Part shown: one piece after another, positions 53,301 through 64,000 of the stretch
How the letters are laid out: each line of letters begins with the position of its first letter
How positions within the stretch are numbered: position 1 is the first letter of the stretch
Origin: Podarcis vaucheri
Lineage: Eukaryota
DNA: 64,000 nt
Direction: 5' to 3' (one strand)
Assembly (NCBI GenBank): GCA_965113315.1
Contig: OZ220375.1
Position numbers and translations under genes: made by a program
Notes under the pieces: generated by a model
Databases searched by the model: none
The model's input: the letters and a program-made list of their open reading frames with translations, nothing else
Told to the model about the DNA's origin: nothing

Positions 53301-53716
53301 ACTTCTAAGTGGTTTACTACAAATGAAACATTTAAATTACCAGCAATTTCATGCAGCTGGTGATATTTAAGATCATGAGTCTAGGGACAGGTAGATAAAC
53401 AATACCATAGAGCTACATAAGCCAATGGTATACTTTAATACTCCTACACATGCCCATCTGTGGAAGTGAAAAAAACATGATAAAAGGGTTAGAAGAGATC
53501 TATTGGCAACACTACTTAGCACTGTTACTCTTTATTGTTAAACTCCTTAATATATTGTCGATACTCATACCTCGAGGCTTCAAAGCACATACATTTCGGT
53601 AATCTTTGAATGTCAGCCAGGCGCAAAAAATGACACCCAGACCTTTTGAGGTGCTCACAAATGGAGAATCTTTAGGTGCAAAATGTACCTGGCGCCCTGC
53701 TAATTTCGAACCCTGA

Positions 53717-53945
53717 TACCAAGGAGCCAAATGGGCTCCACAAAATGGGAGAGAGTGTTCAGGGGCGATCATGTCAACAGCCTGAGTCATTCAGGTGTTC
53801 CAGGGGTTGCCCAGGGTTTCAAAAGTAGCACCAGTAATATCAGTCGGAAATTCCCTCAGAGCCGTCTGGAAACCCATTGAATCCATCTGCCCGCGAGGGT
53901 GGGCCATCCTAATAGGTCCCCCACCTCTTCAGAGGGGGTATAGTT
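53717..53945 (-). mobile_element. L2 ORF2 internal fragment
   Basis: AVDMIAPEHSL..APWY in ORF 53512..53790. Confidence 0.6.
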
Positions 53946-55411
53946 CCCAAGTATACAGCCTGGACCTTCGGGCAAAGTTATTTCAAGGGATAACCTGAGT
54001 CTTTCTGTCCATTTTAGGAAACGCTTTTTTTGCATGCCACTAATTTCTGAGGTGCAGTTGATGGTTTTTCTGTAGTGGGCTCAGAGGACTTTTTCTGTGG
54101 TGGTACCCATGATGTGGAATCCTCTGCCATGTGAAGTCAGATTATATACTTTTCCAGCAAGCCTTGGGTTTTCTTGCTACTTAGATTTCTCTCTTCGACT
54201 ATAGCTTCTCTAGCATTTTATTGCTGCTCTTGTGTATTTTTTTTATATTGCAAGTGTTGTTTCACATTATTGCTGATCATGAAATGTTTATACTACTAGC
54301 TGCTTCGGGTATTTGAACTGGAGAGAGAAAGTCACTTTAAAGAAAATAAACTAGTTTGTGTGGGATTTTAAGTGCACCTTTTAAGCATGTAGCAGAATTA
54401 CCTTTTTTTTTTTTTTTGCAGAAAAGAGCTAATGCAAGAGAAAGTGTTGTAATCCTGTTTAGTCAAGGCTAAACCACAAACGAAGTTCTAGCTAGGATTT
54501 GCTAATGAAAACTACTGAAATATATTTAGCAATTTGGCCTGCTTAATGAAAGGAAACCTAACAATGTGTATTGCCTTGACTATCAAAAGAAATGCATTTT
54601 TTAGGTAAAGAGAAATGTCATTGGTTATTGCAGAACAAAAGTTTAAGTTGTTCCAGTATTCAGGACATAGAAACATTTGTGATACTGCAGAATTGTTCTG
54701 TATGCCCACTGCATTAACCTTTGATTATCAGATGAATTTGATGTCTCGTTTAACCTTAATTAAGCACACTTCCCCATTCTGTATTTCAGCAGTATGTCTT
54801 TTTAGTTTTTCTAATAAATCTTGTTCAGACTGCAAGCTGCAGTTAATACCTTGCACCATAAATTAGTTATCTGTCCTCTACAGTACTGTACTTAAATTTC
54901 CCTTTCACTTAAATTGCTAGTAGTCTTAGAGTAAATTCAGAAGTAAAAGGGATATCAAGATTAAAATGAGAAAAAGAAGCTATGGATGGATTATAATATG
55001 CAGCAGCAATTGATATTTGGAGGAAACCATGGAAGGGTGGAAGGGAGGCCAGTGATTATAATGTATAGTTATTATTGATGTCTGAAGAACTGTAGTGTTG
55101 AAAAAATACAAATAATTTATTGTGGGTTTTTTAATCGTCTCAGTAGTTTTGCTGAATTTCTGCAATTTTCATCCAGTGCCAGGCATGGGTGGGTGGGTTT
55201 AATGTAGGAAATTCTAAAACTTTTCATTTCATTCTTAACCAAAATGTTTTAATAAATTGTTTGGCATTTGCTTTATTGGAAATGATACCTTCTTGACCTC
55301 CTGTGCTTCCATTTCCTTTTTCTTTCATTAGGTAGATCCAGCAAAATATTTAAACTATTTAATATTTAAATATTTAAATATTAAAAATATTTAAATCCCA
55401 TGTTTTTGGGA

Positions 55412-55726
55412 AGGGACACGGGTGGCACTGTGGGTTAAACCACAGAGCCTAGGGCTTGCTGATAAGCGGCAGTTTGAATCCCCGCGATGGGGTGAGCTCC
55501 CATTGCTCAGTCCCAGCTCACGCCCACCTAGCAGTTCGAAAGCACATCAAAGTGCAAGTAGATAAATAGGTACCCCTCTGGCGGGAAGGTAAACGGCGTT
55601 TTCATGCGCTGGCCGCATGACCCGGAAGCTGTACGCCAGCTTCCTCGGCCAATAAAGCGAGATGAGCGCCGCAACCCCAGAGTCATCTGCAACAGAACCT
55701 AATGGTCAGAGGTCCCTTTACCTTTA
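55412..55726 (+). mobile_element. Sauria SINE
   Basis: Head GGGACACGGGTGGCACTG, ACCTTT tail, TSD-like ATG(T/C)TTTTGGG. Confidence 0.85.
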
Positions 55727-55782
55727 TGCTTTTGGGCGTGTTTTAATTTTATTGAATTAGCATAATACCTATTTTGACCATA

Positions 55783-56115
55783 CAGTGGTGCCCCGCAAGA
55801 CGAATGCCTCGCAAGATGGAATACTCGCTAGACGAAAGAGTTTTCCATTTTGGAGGTGCTTCGCAAAACGAATTTCCTATGGGTTTGCTTCGCAAGACGA
55901 CAATGTCTTGCGAGTTCCTGCTTTTTTCCCCCCTCCCCCCCTTTTTCTAAGCCGCTAAGCCGCTTATCAGCTGATCCGATCATCAGATGAGCCGCTAAAA
56001 GCTGCTAATAGCGCTAATGCGCTAATCCGTCAATGGGCTTGCTTCGCAAGACGAAAAAACCGCTAGACGAAGAGAATCACAGAACGGATTCTTTTCGTCT
56101 TGCGAGGCACCACTG
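55783..56115. mobile_element. Tigger/Tc1-mariner MITE (third copy of the 5027 family)
   Basis: Same TIRs; TA flanks. Confidence 0.82.
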
Positions 56116-56764
56116 TATCTGTGTATCTCCTATTTCCACCCTTATATTTTCCATGGTTTACTACAGTTCCCCCTTTTCTTGTAACTTATGTATTTATGTT
56201 CTTAATTAATATATTTATTCATTAGAATTTTATCCCACCCTTCCTCCCAAATGAGCCCTGGGCAGCAACCTTCAAAATGCTAAAGGCCCCACTATTTTAG
56301 TTACATTAAACCAGAAAAGAGTAACAAACATCTCTAGACATATATGTGGAGATCTTTCGCTTAACTTTAAGATTTATTTCTAAAGTAAAGCCTGGCAAGT
56401 CTTTTAAAATACATAAATGAATTGCCAGACTTAGCATTTTGCCCTTGCATATTTGCTCCTTTTCCTGGATATTAGGATGGACCTCCGTTGTGCCATCAAC
56501 ACTGTGGAAACTTGGATTGTGTTTCATATTTCTTGAGCTCACTGCACACGTTGAAGCAGCAGTGTGGATGTTTTGCAACAAAGAACCGTACACACGTGGA
56601 CCTCTACCTGGGCTGGAACCCCTACAGTGTCATGTAGATGTTCATGCTGAATATGTGAGAGTCATGGAGCTCCCTTCATTATAATACAAGGAGGAGGATT
56701 TGACCAAGAAAGAATGAGATGGATAAATGTCAGATTATTTATTAAAACGTGTGTACTTTTGCAG

Positions 56765-56837
56765 GTGTCCTGGTTTTTTAATCCAGCAAGAAGTGAAATA
56801 ACAAGCCTCGATGGTGGGAATATAGATGATACTTTAA
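56765..56837 (+). CDS. ERP44: ERp44 exon 2 VSWFFNPARSEITSLDGGNIDDTL
   Basis: ttgcag| acceptor, A|gtaagt donor; 73 nt. Confidence 0.94.
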
Positions 56838-57581
56838 GTAAGTATGCAAACCTTTGCCCTGTTGTTTTTATACAAATACATTTGCTTTTCTCAAGCAATA
56901 TATTGTTGAATTCATTTTTGGTATGTGTTCCTGCCAGCATTCAGAGTCATAAGCAGTCTGGGGAGAACACTGAATTGCTTTAAGCATGTCTTTATGTTCA
57001 GTTTTAGTTTGTTCTGTGCATGTGTACTTTTGTTGGTTAGGACAGGATGACACCGAAAGAGAGCTAATGCAAGAATCCTAAATTGAGCGCAACAGTGACA
57101 GATAAAAATTGCTTTAAAAACTGCTTTTATCTTTGGAACTCAGTAACATTGGAGAAGCTTCATAACGCAAATCTAAAAGTAAAATCAAAGTTACACTGCA
57201 GTCCTAGGCACATACAGTATATTCAGAAGTAAGCGCCGAGTTTAGTGGGGTTCACTTTCTCATCAGTATCCATAATTGCAACCCTTACTTCCCAATTATA
57301 AGTTTGGTTTTGTGTGTGAAAAGTGTGACTGTGTAATGCTAATTTTACCAGGACAGGTTCAAGGTTCTTACATTAATTTACAAGGCCACTGACAACTGGT
57401 GTCCAAATGTATGTACCTTTACAGCATAGAGCAACACATTCCAGAAGAAAGAGAGAATAAATGGGGAGGAAAGTTAGCCTAGTAATTCAGGTTTTGTAAC
57501 TAAAGCTAGCTCAAACTTTGAATTCATATATGCTCAAATTCTCTCTATTGCAATTCTGGGAGCTGTAATGTCAAGATTGAT

Positions 57582-57629
<48 letters not shown>

Positions 57630-57630
57630 C
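57582..57630. repeat. (TG)n(CG)n alternating purine-pyrimidine tract
   Basis: Seen directly. Confidence 0.9.
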
Positions 57631-57694
57631 CTAGTTAGGCCTTGGTTTTCTGCTGTCGCAACATTTAACAATAAAATGTCATTCTTTCCTTTAG

Positions 57695-57734
57695 ACAATG
57701 CAGATGTTGCTTTAGTGAATTTTTATGCTGATTG
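57695..57734 (+). CDS. ERP44: ERp44 exon 3 NADVALVNFYADW (40 nt)
   Basis: tttag| acceptor, TG|gtaagt donor. Confidence 0.95.
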
Positions 57735-58109
57735 GTAAGTATTTCTTCTATTGGACAGTACTTTCAAACTTCTGCAATTGTAAGACTCAAAACAGAAATT
57801 AGACAATGTTAAATTTATTGTATTTAATTAGCAAAACATACAAAATATTTTCTCAATCTGCTTTTAAACTTCTAGTAGATATATTTTATTTGTGTCTAAT
57901 GTAGCCTATCTGCATGGCCAGGTGGTACTTCCCAGGAGTAGACCCTTAGAACTAGAAACTGCCTTGGGCTCCCCCACTTGCTCCCCTCCGTGTGGGTGGG
58001 AATGACAATCCACAGTAGAATTACCGCTTCAAATGGTGCTATATATGGAATCCCCAGATATTTTATTTTCAGTAATTGGACCTTTTTTTTGTATTCTCCC
58101 TTTCGACAG

Positions 58110-58225
58110 GTGTCGTTTTAGTCAAATGCTGCATCCTATTTTTGAGGAAGCTTCTAATGTCATTAAAGAGGATTTCCCAGATAAGAATCAAGTTGTGTTT
58201 GCCAGAGTAGATTGTGATCAGCACT
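58110..58225 (+). CDS. ERP44: ERp44 exon 4 CRFSQMLHPIFEEASNVIKEDFPDKNQVVFARVDCDQH
   Basis: ORF 58033..58233; CRFS active-site motif; gacag| acceptor, |gtgagt donor. Confidence 0.97.
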
Positions 58226-59831
58226 GTGAGTAATCCTTTTTCATTCAGTTGTTACCATTTTAAATGTCTTGTTGTGCAAATTCAAGTCTTGAAACCTCTT
58301 TAGAGCAACTACAAGCTTTTGCAGTGGTTTAAAAAGGATATCTAGTAAAACGAATTATAAATATATTTCAAAAGAGAGGAATTTCTACAAACCTTGTATG
58401 TAAAGGCTGCCAATAACCTGCATTATTCAACACAGTTTCCCCAAGCTTGAAATTGCATTCTCTTGCAAATATGTTTTTAAGAAAATATAATACAATAAAA
58501 TGCAGGGGTTTGTGGTATTGGGAAAAGTAGGTCTGTGTATACCTTCCCTAATCTAAAATTGGAAAGAAATATACAGAAATCTCTTTTACTTGTGAGGTGC
58601 TTTTTCAGCACGAAGGGGTCTGGTTCTCTTTTACATAGAAAAGCAGTCCTAACTCAGTGTTTGATACACGGTCATGATCCACGTTTAAAAGACAATGGCT
58701 TGGATCCTAAGACAAATGGATTCTGTTCAAGGAGGTTCATTGAAGCAAAATGTCCCATTTCATTCTACGCCCACCATCTTCCTTCTAGGGAGACATTTTT
58801 GGGCATCACAGATTACTGCAGCAGGAAGAAGGGGGCAGGAAACATAACATGAATTTAAGGTATCTTGCAATCCAAGCTTTCAAGTCTTGGTTTGAACATG
58901 TTTGGTTTCTATTTGGCTTCCCTTTAAATCAGGATATATTTTTTAAAACCCTTAACTTAGATTTTTTTAAAAACCCATCTATCCTCCAATACACATGAGT
59001 ATTACTCTCTGTGCATCATAATGGGTACAGTTCGTTATGCCTGATTACGCCAGTAATGGGTATGGTTGACCCAGCCACAGAACAGCAAATTGAGCCATAT
59101 AATGAGCTGCCATTTAAACTGTCTCATGTCACCCTTCTGTGTTTACTGTATAGCATCGCATACTATAAAGATTCTGAATTAAGTATTCTTTTCCCTTAAT
59201 AGTAGACATGAGCTTTTTCATAATAAAACTCAACACCTTTGGTTTCCGAGTGTATAGTATACATTGGCTTTTAGTGGTGTTAATTGGGCAGAGGCATCAT
59301 TTGCAATGCAAATAGCATTCCCCTTGTGAAACTGCAGTCTCTGTAGGAAGCAGAAGTAGCTGCTTTCACATTCTTAACTGCATTCACAGTGGTCAGGCTC
59401 TCAAATCTATCTTCTGTTTGTGCACTGGTGCTTAAGCCTACTGTGGGCCCTGGCAGCTCCAGCCTTCCAGTCTTTGAGGCCCAGCAAATTAAAAAGAATT
59501 ATTGATGTCCTGCACAATGTTTGATACCTAATGACAAAATGTCATTTTACTTGCCCTCACAACCAATATAAAGATGTTCTGTTGGGAGGATGTGTAGATT
59601 CAATTCTTAAAATTCTGAAGGCATTAGTGCTTTTCTGTTTTACCATGCTTCTTAAAAGAACAAAAAAGCGGGAAGTGTAGAAAACTGGGTGCTGAGACTG
59701 TGGTTGATTGGAAGGGTCCAGATTTAATTGGTGAGGCTCCCTGGAAATTAAATACACTTTAATTTTTGGTTAACATGATTGTGCAGTTTTGTTGTAATAC
59801 TGTGGGAAAGGGTTGGAAAAGAAAAGGATGC

Positions 59832-59832
59832 C

Positions 59833-59868
<36 letters not shown>
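59832..59868. repeat. (TTA)n microsatellite
   Basis: Seen directly. Confidence 0.88.
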
Positions 59869-59869
<1 letters not shown>

Positions 59870-60013
59870 GGCATGCTGCAGATATAATGAAAGGAGTCTC
59901 TTAACAGTGATTGAACAGTCAAGAGCAGCCTACCAAATAAAGTGCTTCCTTTCCTGAATTAATATGATCTGGTTGCTGGTAGCAGAAAGTTGCAGGTGTC
60001 TGCTAGTAACTGT

Positions 60014-60505
60014 CAGAGCCGTCTTTCCCATTGGTCTTAGTGGTTCGTTGCGCCAGGGTGCTGGCCTCTCAGGGGCGCCCTAGGGAGTGGGGGAGCTGCA
60101 CGGCTTTGCTGGCAGCCTCCCCTTTCCCTGCGTGCCCGCCAGCTGCGCCCCGCCAACTATATGGCTGGTGGGCATGCAGCTTTCTTCCCAAGCCTCCACA
60201 GGAGGAGAGCGATCCCCGCAGAGGCTTAGGAGGAAAGCTGCGCGCTGCTTCCCTCCCAAGCCTCTGCATCTGCTAAAGACGGCCCTGCTCCCGGTCATTG
60301 TTCTCCTCCTGCTTCCTGGCAAAAGGCGGTGTGCAGCCTTCCCAGGCGCCCCAACGCCAGAGAGCATGTCCACCAGCACATTTTCCTACTAGATCGCTGC
60401 CACCACACCGGAGATCGGGGCAGTGGGGGAGGCAGAGGACATTTTCCACACTCCCTCTCTTGTTTTGGAGTTGCCGGGGGGGGGCACCACGGCGCCAGAT
60501 ATACA
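60014..60505. mobile_element. GC-rich hAT-like MITE remnant(s)
   Basis: CAGAGCCGTCTTT at 60014 and AAAGACGGCCCTG ending 60287; no matching TSD. Confidence 0.5.
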
Positions 60506-61673
60506 AGCTCATGCACACATGTAATGGGGTTTGCTAAATGTACACCTGTAGCTCCCCCCTCCCCCATTATATGTTTCCAATTATTCAGTGTGCCAGCTAT
60601 ACCAGTTTCAGGTAGGAGTCTTTTGGAAGTCAGCAACAAGTACTTTGATGAACAACACATGTTGTTGATGAATAAAAATCATAACATTGTTTGCACTTTT
60701 ATGTTTTCAATTTTAGAAGTATATTGTAGTAGCTATAATTGTGTTGACTCCACTTGTATCACATGTCAAGGTTTAATGAAATTATTTAAGATGTTCACTG
60801 TTTGACTTGTGAATTAGTTCAAACAGCATTTCATGTCTTTGCATTTTTTATACTTTTCTGAAAGATAATTTCCAAAGGCACTGCTGATGGTATGCTAACC
60901 CTACTGTCTCTAGATGGTGGTTTTGGTAGTCTGTATACAGTTCAGGGAAATGATTCAGATGTTTGTCCATAAGCTCATACACCATAAATGTCCCTCATCA
61001 AATTGTGTGCTGGCTTTGTTGCAGCAATCCTAGTTTGCATTAATCTGTTGTTTCCTGGTAATATTCAAAGTGAGGAGCTCTGTTTTAATGTTGGTTAGCA
61101 GACCAGGATAACATTGAACCAGAGTTGCTTAACTTAGCTATAAGAGGAAATGTTGGCTTAATGAAGCAGGATGAAGCACAGAGTGGGAGTAGGAGAGGAA
61201 GCGGCAAGGGGGAAAAACATGAATGGGGTTTAAGAAGCTTCATTTACTATCTGAACATGGCTATTCTGAAGCCCCCTGAAGCGGGGAGGTGGGTAGGAGG
61301 CTGCAGACCAGGCGAATGTATTCAGAACTGCCTACTGTTCTTGCCATGAGACATTTGGATCCATCCTCCATTGCTCTTACAAGCTTACTTTACAAACTAT
61401 CTGTTGGTATGGCGCTGTACTTCAGCTGCAATTTTTGTTTCAGATAGTTGTAACCTTTCTTGTCACAAGCTATTTTAATTGGCTGTTCACACCCCAGCAG
61501 AATATGATGGTTTAAATTATTTCTAAAATTTGGAATAACCTGTTCTGCCTTCTACAGGGGAGCAGAATTGACATGGAACATGGTGTGACAATTCTTTTTA
61601 GGTACTCTCCAGCATGTCCACAAACGTTTGCTTTTCTGGTTTAAGAGGATGGGTTGTTGGCTTAAAGACACTA

Positions 61674-61887
61674 CAGTCATACCTCAGGTTACAGACGCTT
61701 CAGGTTGCACATTTTTGGGTTACGAACATGCCGAAACCCGGAAGTACCGGAACAGGTTACTTCCGGATTTCGGTGCCCGCGCATGCGCAGAAGTACCGAA
61801 TCGTGACCTGCTCGTGTGCAGACACAGCACTGCAGGTTGCGAACGTGCCTCCTACATGGACCACGTTCGCAACCCGAGCGTCCACTG
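61674..61887. mobile_element. Tigger-like MITE
   Basis: TA|CAGTCATACCTCAGGTTAC...GCAACCCGAGCGTCCACTG|TA. Confidence 0.72.
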
Positions 61888-62586
61888 TACTGACGTCATA
61901 AAAACTTCACTGTTAAATTGTATTAAAGCTACATGTTAAAGCTATGGGAGATCCATAGCTTTAATACTGGCATCAAAACCAGTGGCATTTCCATAGTATT
62001 CTTTAATATAGGTACCATATTGACCAAGCACATCCTCACATATTCCCTCTTTTGTCCATGAAGTAAGATGGATATATGATGTTGAGACAAGGAGGAATAT
62101 CGGTCTTCTTCTATTGTGCACCAACAGGATACCACAGTTCATCTCAAGATACGGAAGCAGAAAATGTGTATAGAGAGAACACAGGTGTATTCCCTCCCCT
62201 GCCATTGATTGCATGGACTTTATGCAAAGTATAAGGCTATCAGGCTCTGGTCCTCAGATGCCTGTGGTTTTCAGAGTTGATCAACCTTAGTCCAGGTTGA
62301 AGAATTCCTAAGTGGTTGGATCTTCTTACCTTGTTCTCTATTCCTCCACCCACAATCTAACTGGTTACGACTTTGCCTGTGGGTATTGAACAGGAGCACC
62401 TCTTGGAATTGAGCCCATCTGAGTAGGTGGTTCAGATAATGTAGACATCCACAGATCTTCCATAACTGTCCATAACTTGGACAGGGTTTGTTTGCTGTAT
62501 AGTGTAGGTGTCAGACAGTCACCCCCCATTGCTATAGAGGTACCTCATGTCTTTAGAATCATGCAAGATGGATTGGGTCAGGGTTT

Positions 62587-62587
<1 letters not shown>

Positions 62588-62632
<45 letters not shown>
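62588..62632. repeat. (CA)n microsatellite
   Basis: Seen directly. Confidence 0.9.
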
Positions 62633-62638
<6 letters not shown>

Positions 62639-63793
62639 CAGCTGTTGGCAGTAGAAAGAGTTCTCCATACCAACATCGACAGCCCCTTTGCAGGGCACCC
62701 TTTTGTCAGTCACTTATTCAAAGGAGCCGCCATTGTGTCTGAGCCAATGAAGCATAGGTCCCCCCAATGAGATTTACTTTTGGTACTTGGAGGCCCCTCT
62801 TGGATCCATCTTTATAATGGAAGTAACCTACAAGTGTCAGATTCCATCTTTTGAGGGAAACAGCTATCACTGCAGCACTAGGCAGTAATACACATCTGGA
62901 GTATGTACAGGGAAGCCATTTGGGTGAACCTTACCTCATGTTAGAAATAAGTTAACTCCTCTTGTAAACGTCTAACGTCTCCAGTCCCCTCTGACTTGAA
63001 TAACACTTGAGTCCAATTTTCAATTCTCTTTCTTGTTTTGAGTTTAACTGTCTGATTCATATTTCTCTGGGATTGTTACTGCCATAATCACATGAAGTAT
63101 TAAAAAAAAACCCTATATATACAAAATTACCTTAAGAGAAGGTTTAAAGAAAATTAAAGGTAACTGAAATTAGGTATGTCAGCCTCTTATAATGTAGGTG
63201 ATTAACAGCTAATTTAGCTAATTGGTTAAATTAGGTTAAGTGCTAAATTACTGCAGTCAAAACCCAATTAATAGTATGAGGTTCTTGAACAAGGGCAAGT
63301 TGGTGTTAAAAGTGTTTTAAAAGGTGCTCATTTGCTAAGAAGCAAATTCTGATCAAATTCCTTAATGTGTGTACTGTACTTATTACCTCAACTACACAGT
63401 GGTCTGACTGGACATCTGAAGTGCATATTGGGAAAACATAACCTTCCTACACTTGAATTACTGGTCTAGCATTGGGGTTAAACCCTTCCCATATTTCTGA
63501 CAGTGACTACATGTCAAAACAAGGCATTTTGTTAAGGATTACTGTTTATAGTACAATATTAAGGGTTATTTATAGTACAAGGTCCCAACTACACACATTG
63601 GTATTTGGGGTCTGAAATACCCCATTAGTTAAAAGCAACCATACATAGAAGCTTGTGGTTTTAAAAGAATAAACTTTAATTACTTCTCTCATGATATTTA
63701 AAAGAAGGGGATAGCAGCATTATTGGTTAAAGAATACTAACTCTATACATTTATAGTTGCATATTTTCAAATGTTTTTTAATTACTTTTTCAG

Positions 63794-63978
63794 CGGACAT
63801 AGCTCAAAGGTACAGGATAAGCAAATATCCAACTCTAAAATTGTTCCGGAATGGAATGATGATGAAGAGAGAATATCGGGGTCAGAGATCGGTGACAGCC
63901 ATAGCAGATTATATCCGACAACAGAAAAGTAATCCTATTCGAGAAATACTCAGCTTGGAAGAAATTAAGTCTCTAGAT
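63794..63978 (+). CDS. ERP44: ERp44 exon 5 DIAQRYRISKYPTLKLFRNGMMMKREYRGQRSV...EIKSLD
   Basis: tttcag| acceptor, GAT|gtgagt donor; 185 nt. Confidence 0.96.
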
Positions 63979-64000
63979 GTGAGTGCCCCCTGCTCTGTCT

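Larger units (their letters stand above)
45397..63978 (+). other. ERP44: ERP44 (ER protein 44/TXNDC4) gene, coding exons 1-5
   Basis: Exons of 60,73,40,116,185 nt join in frame; thioredoxin domain with the diagnostic WCRFS motif. Confidence 0.96.

Noticed and set aside
56439-56684. Possible extra ERP44 exon or pseudogene fragment
   Set aside because: No recognisable protein in any frame I read; exons 1 and 2 already join in phase

Overview
Vertebrate genomic DNA, almost certainly from a squamate lizard (Sauria SINEs, BovB, L2/CR1, many hAT and Tc1/mariner MITEs). It holds the head-to-head gene pair INVS (inversin/NPHP2, minus strand; nine coding exons 37916->914, gene continues past the left edge) and ERP44 (plus strand; coding exons 1-5, 45397->63978, continues past the right edge). 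They share a CpG-island bidirectional promoter at ~44.4-45.95 kb. All 14 coding exons have GT-AG boundaries and compatible phases. Main finding: a ~1.05-kb composite hAT element (15167-16213, perfect 8-bp TSD GTCTACTA) inserted in a CR1 LINE in INVS intron 3. It carries the promoter, 5'UTR, intact first coding exon and splice donor of POLR2H (RPB8), co-oriented with INVS. Separately, two copies of a TTAGGG-bearing hAT MITE, each with its own 8-bp TSD, bracket the INVS/ERP44 promoter and both first exons, the layout that could generate such promoter-carrying composites. TE family names are from recognition, not database search.
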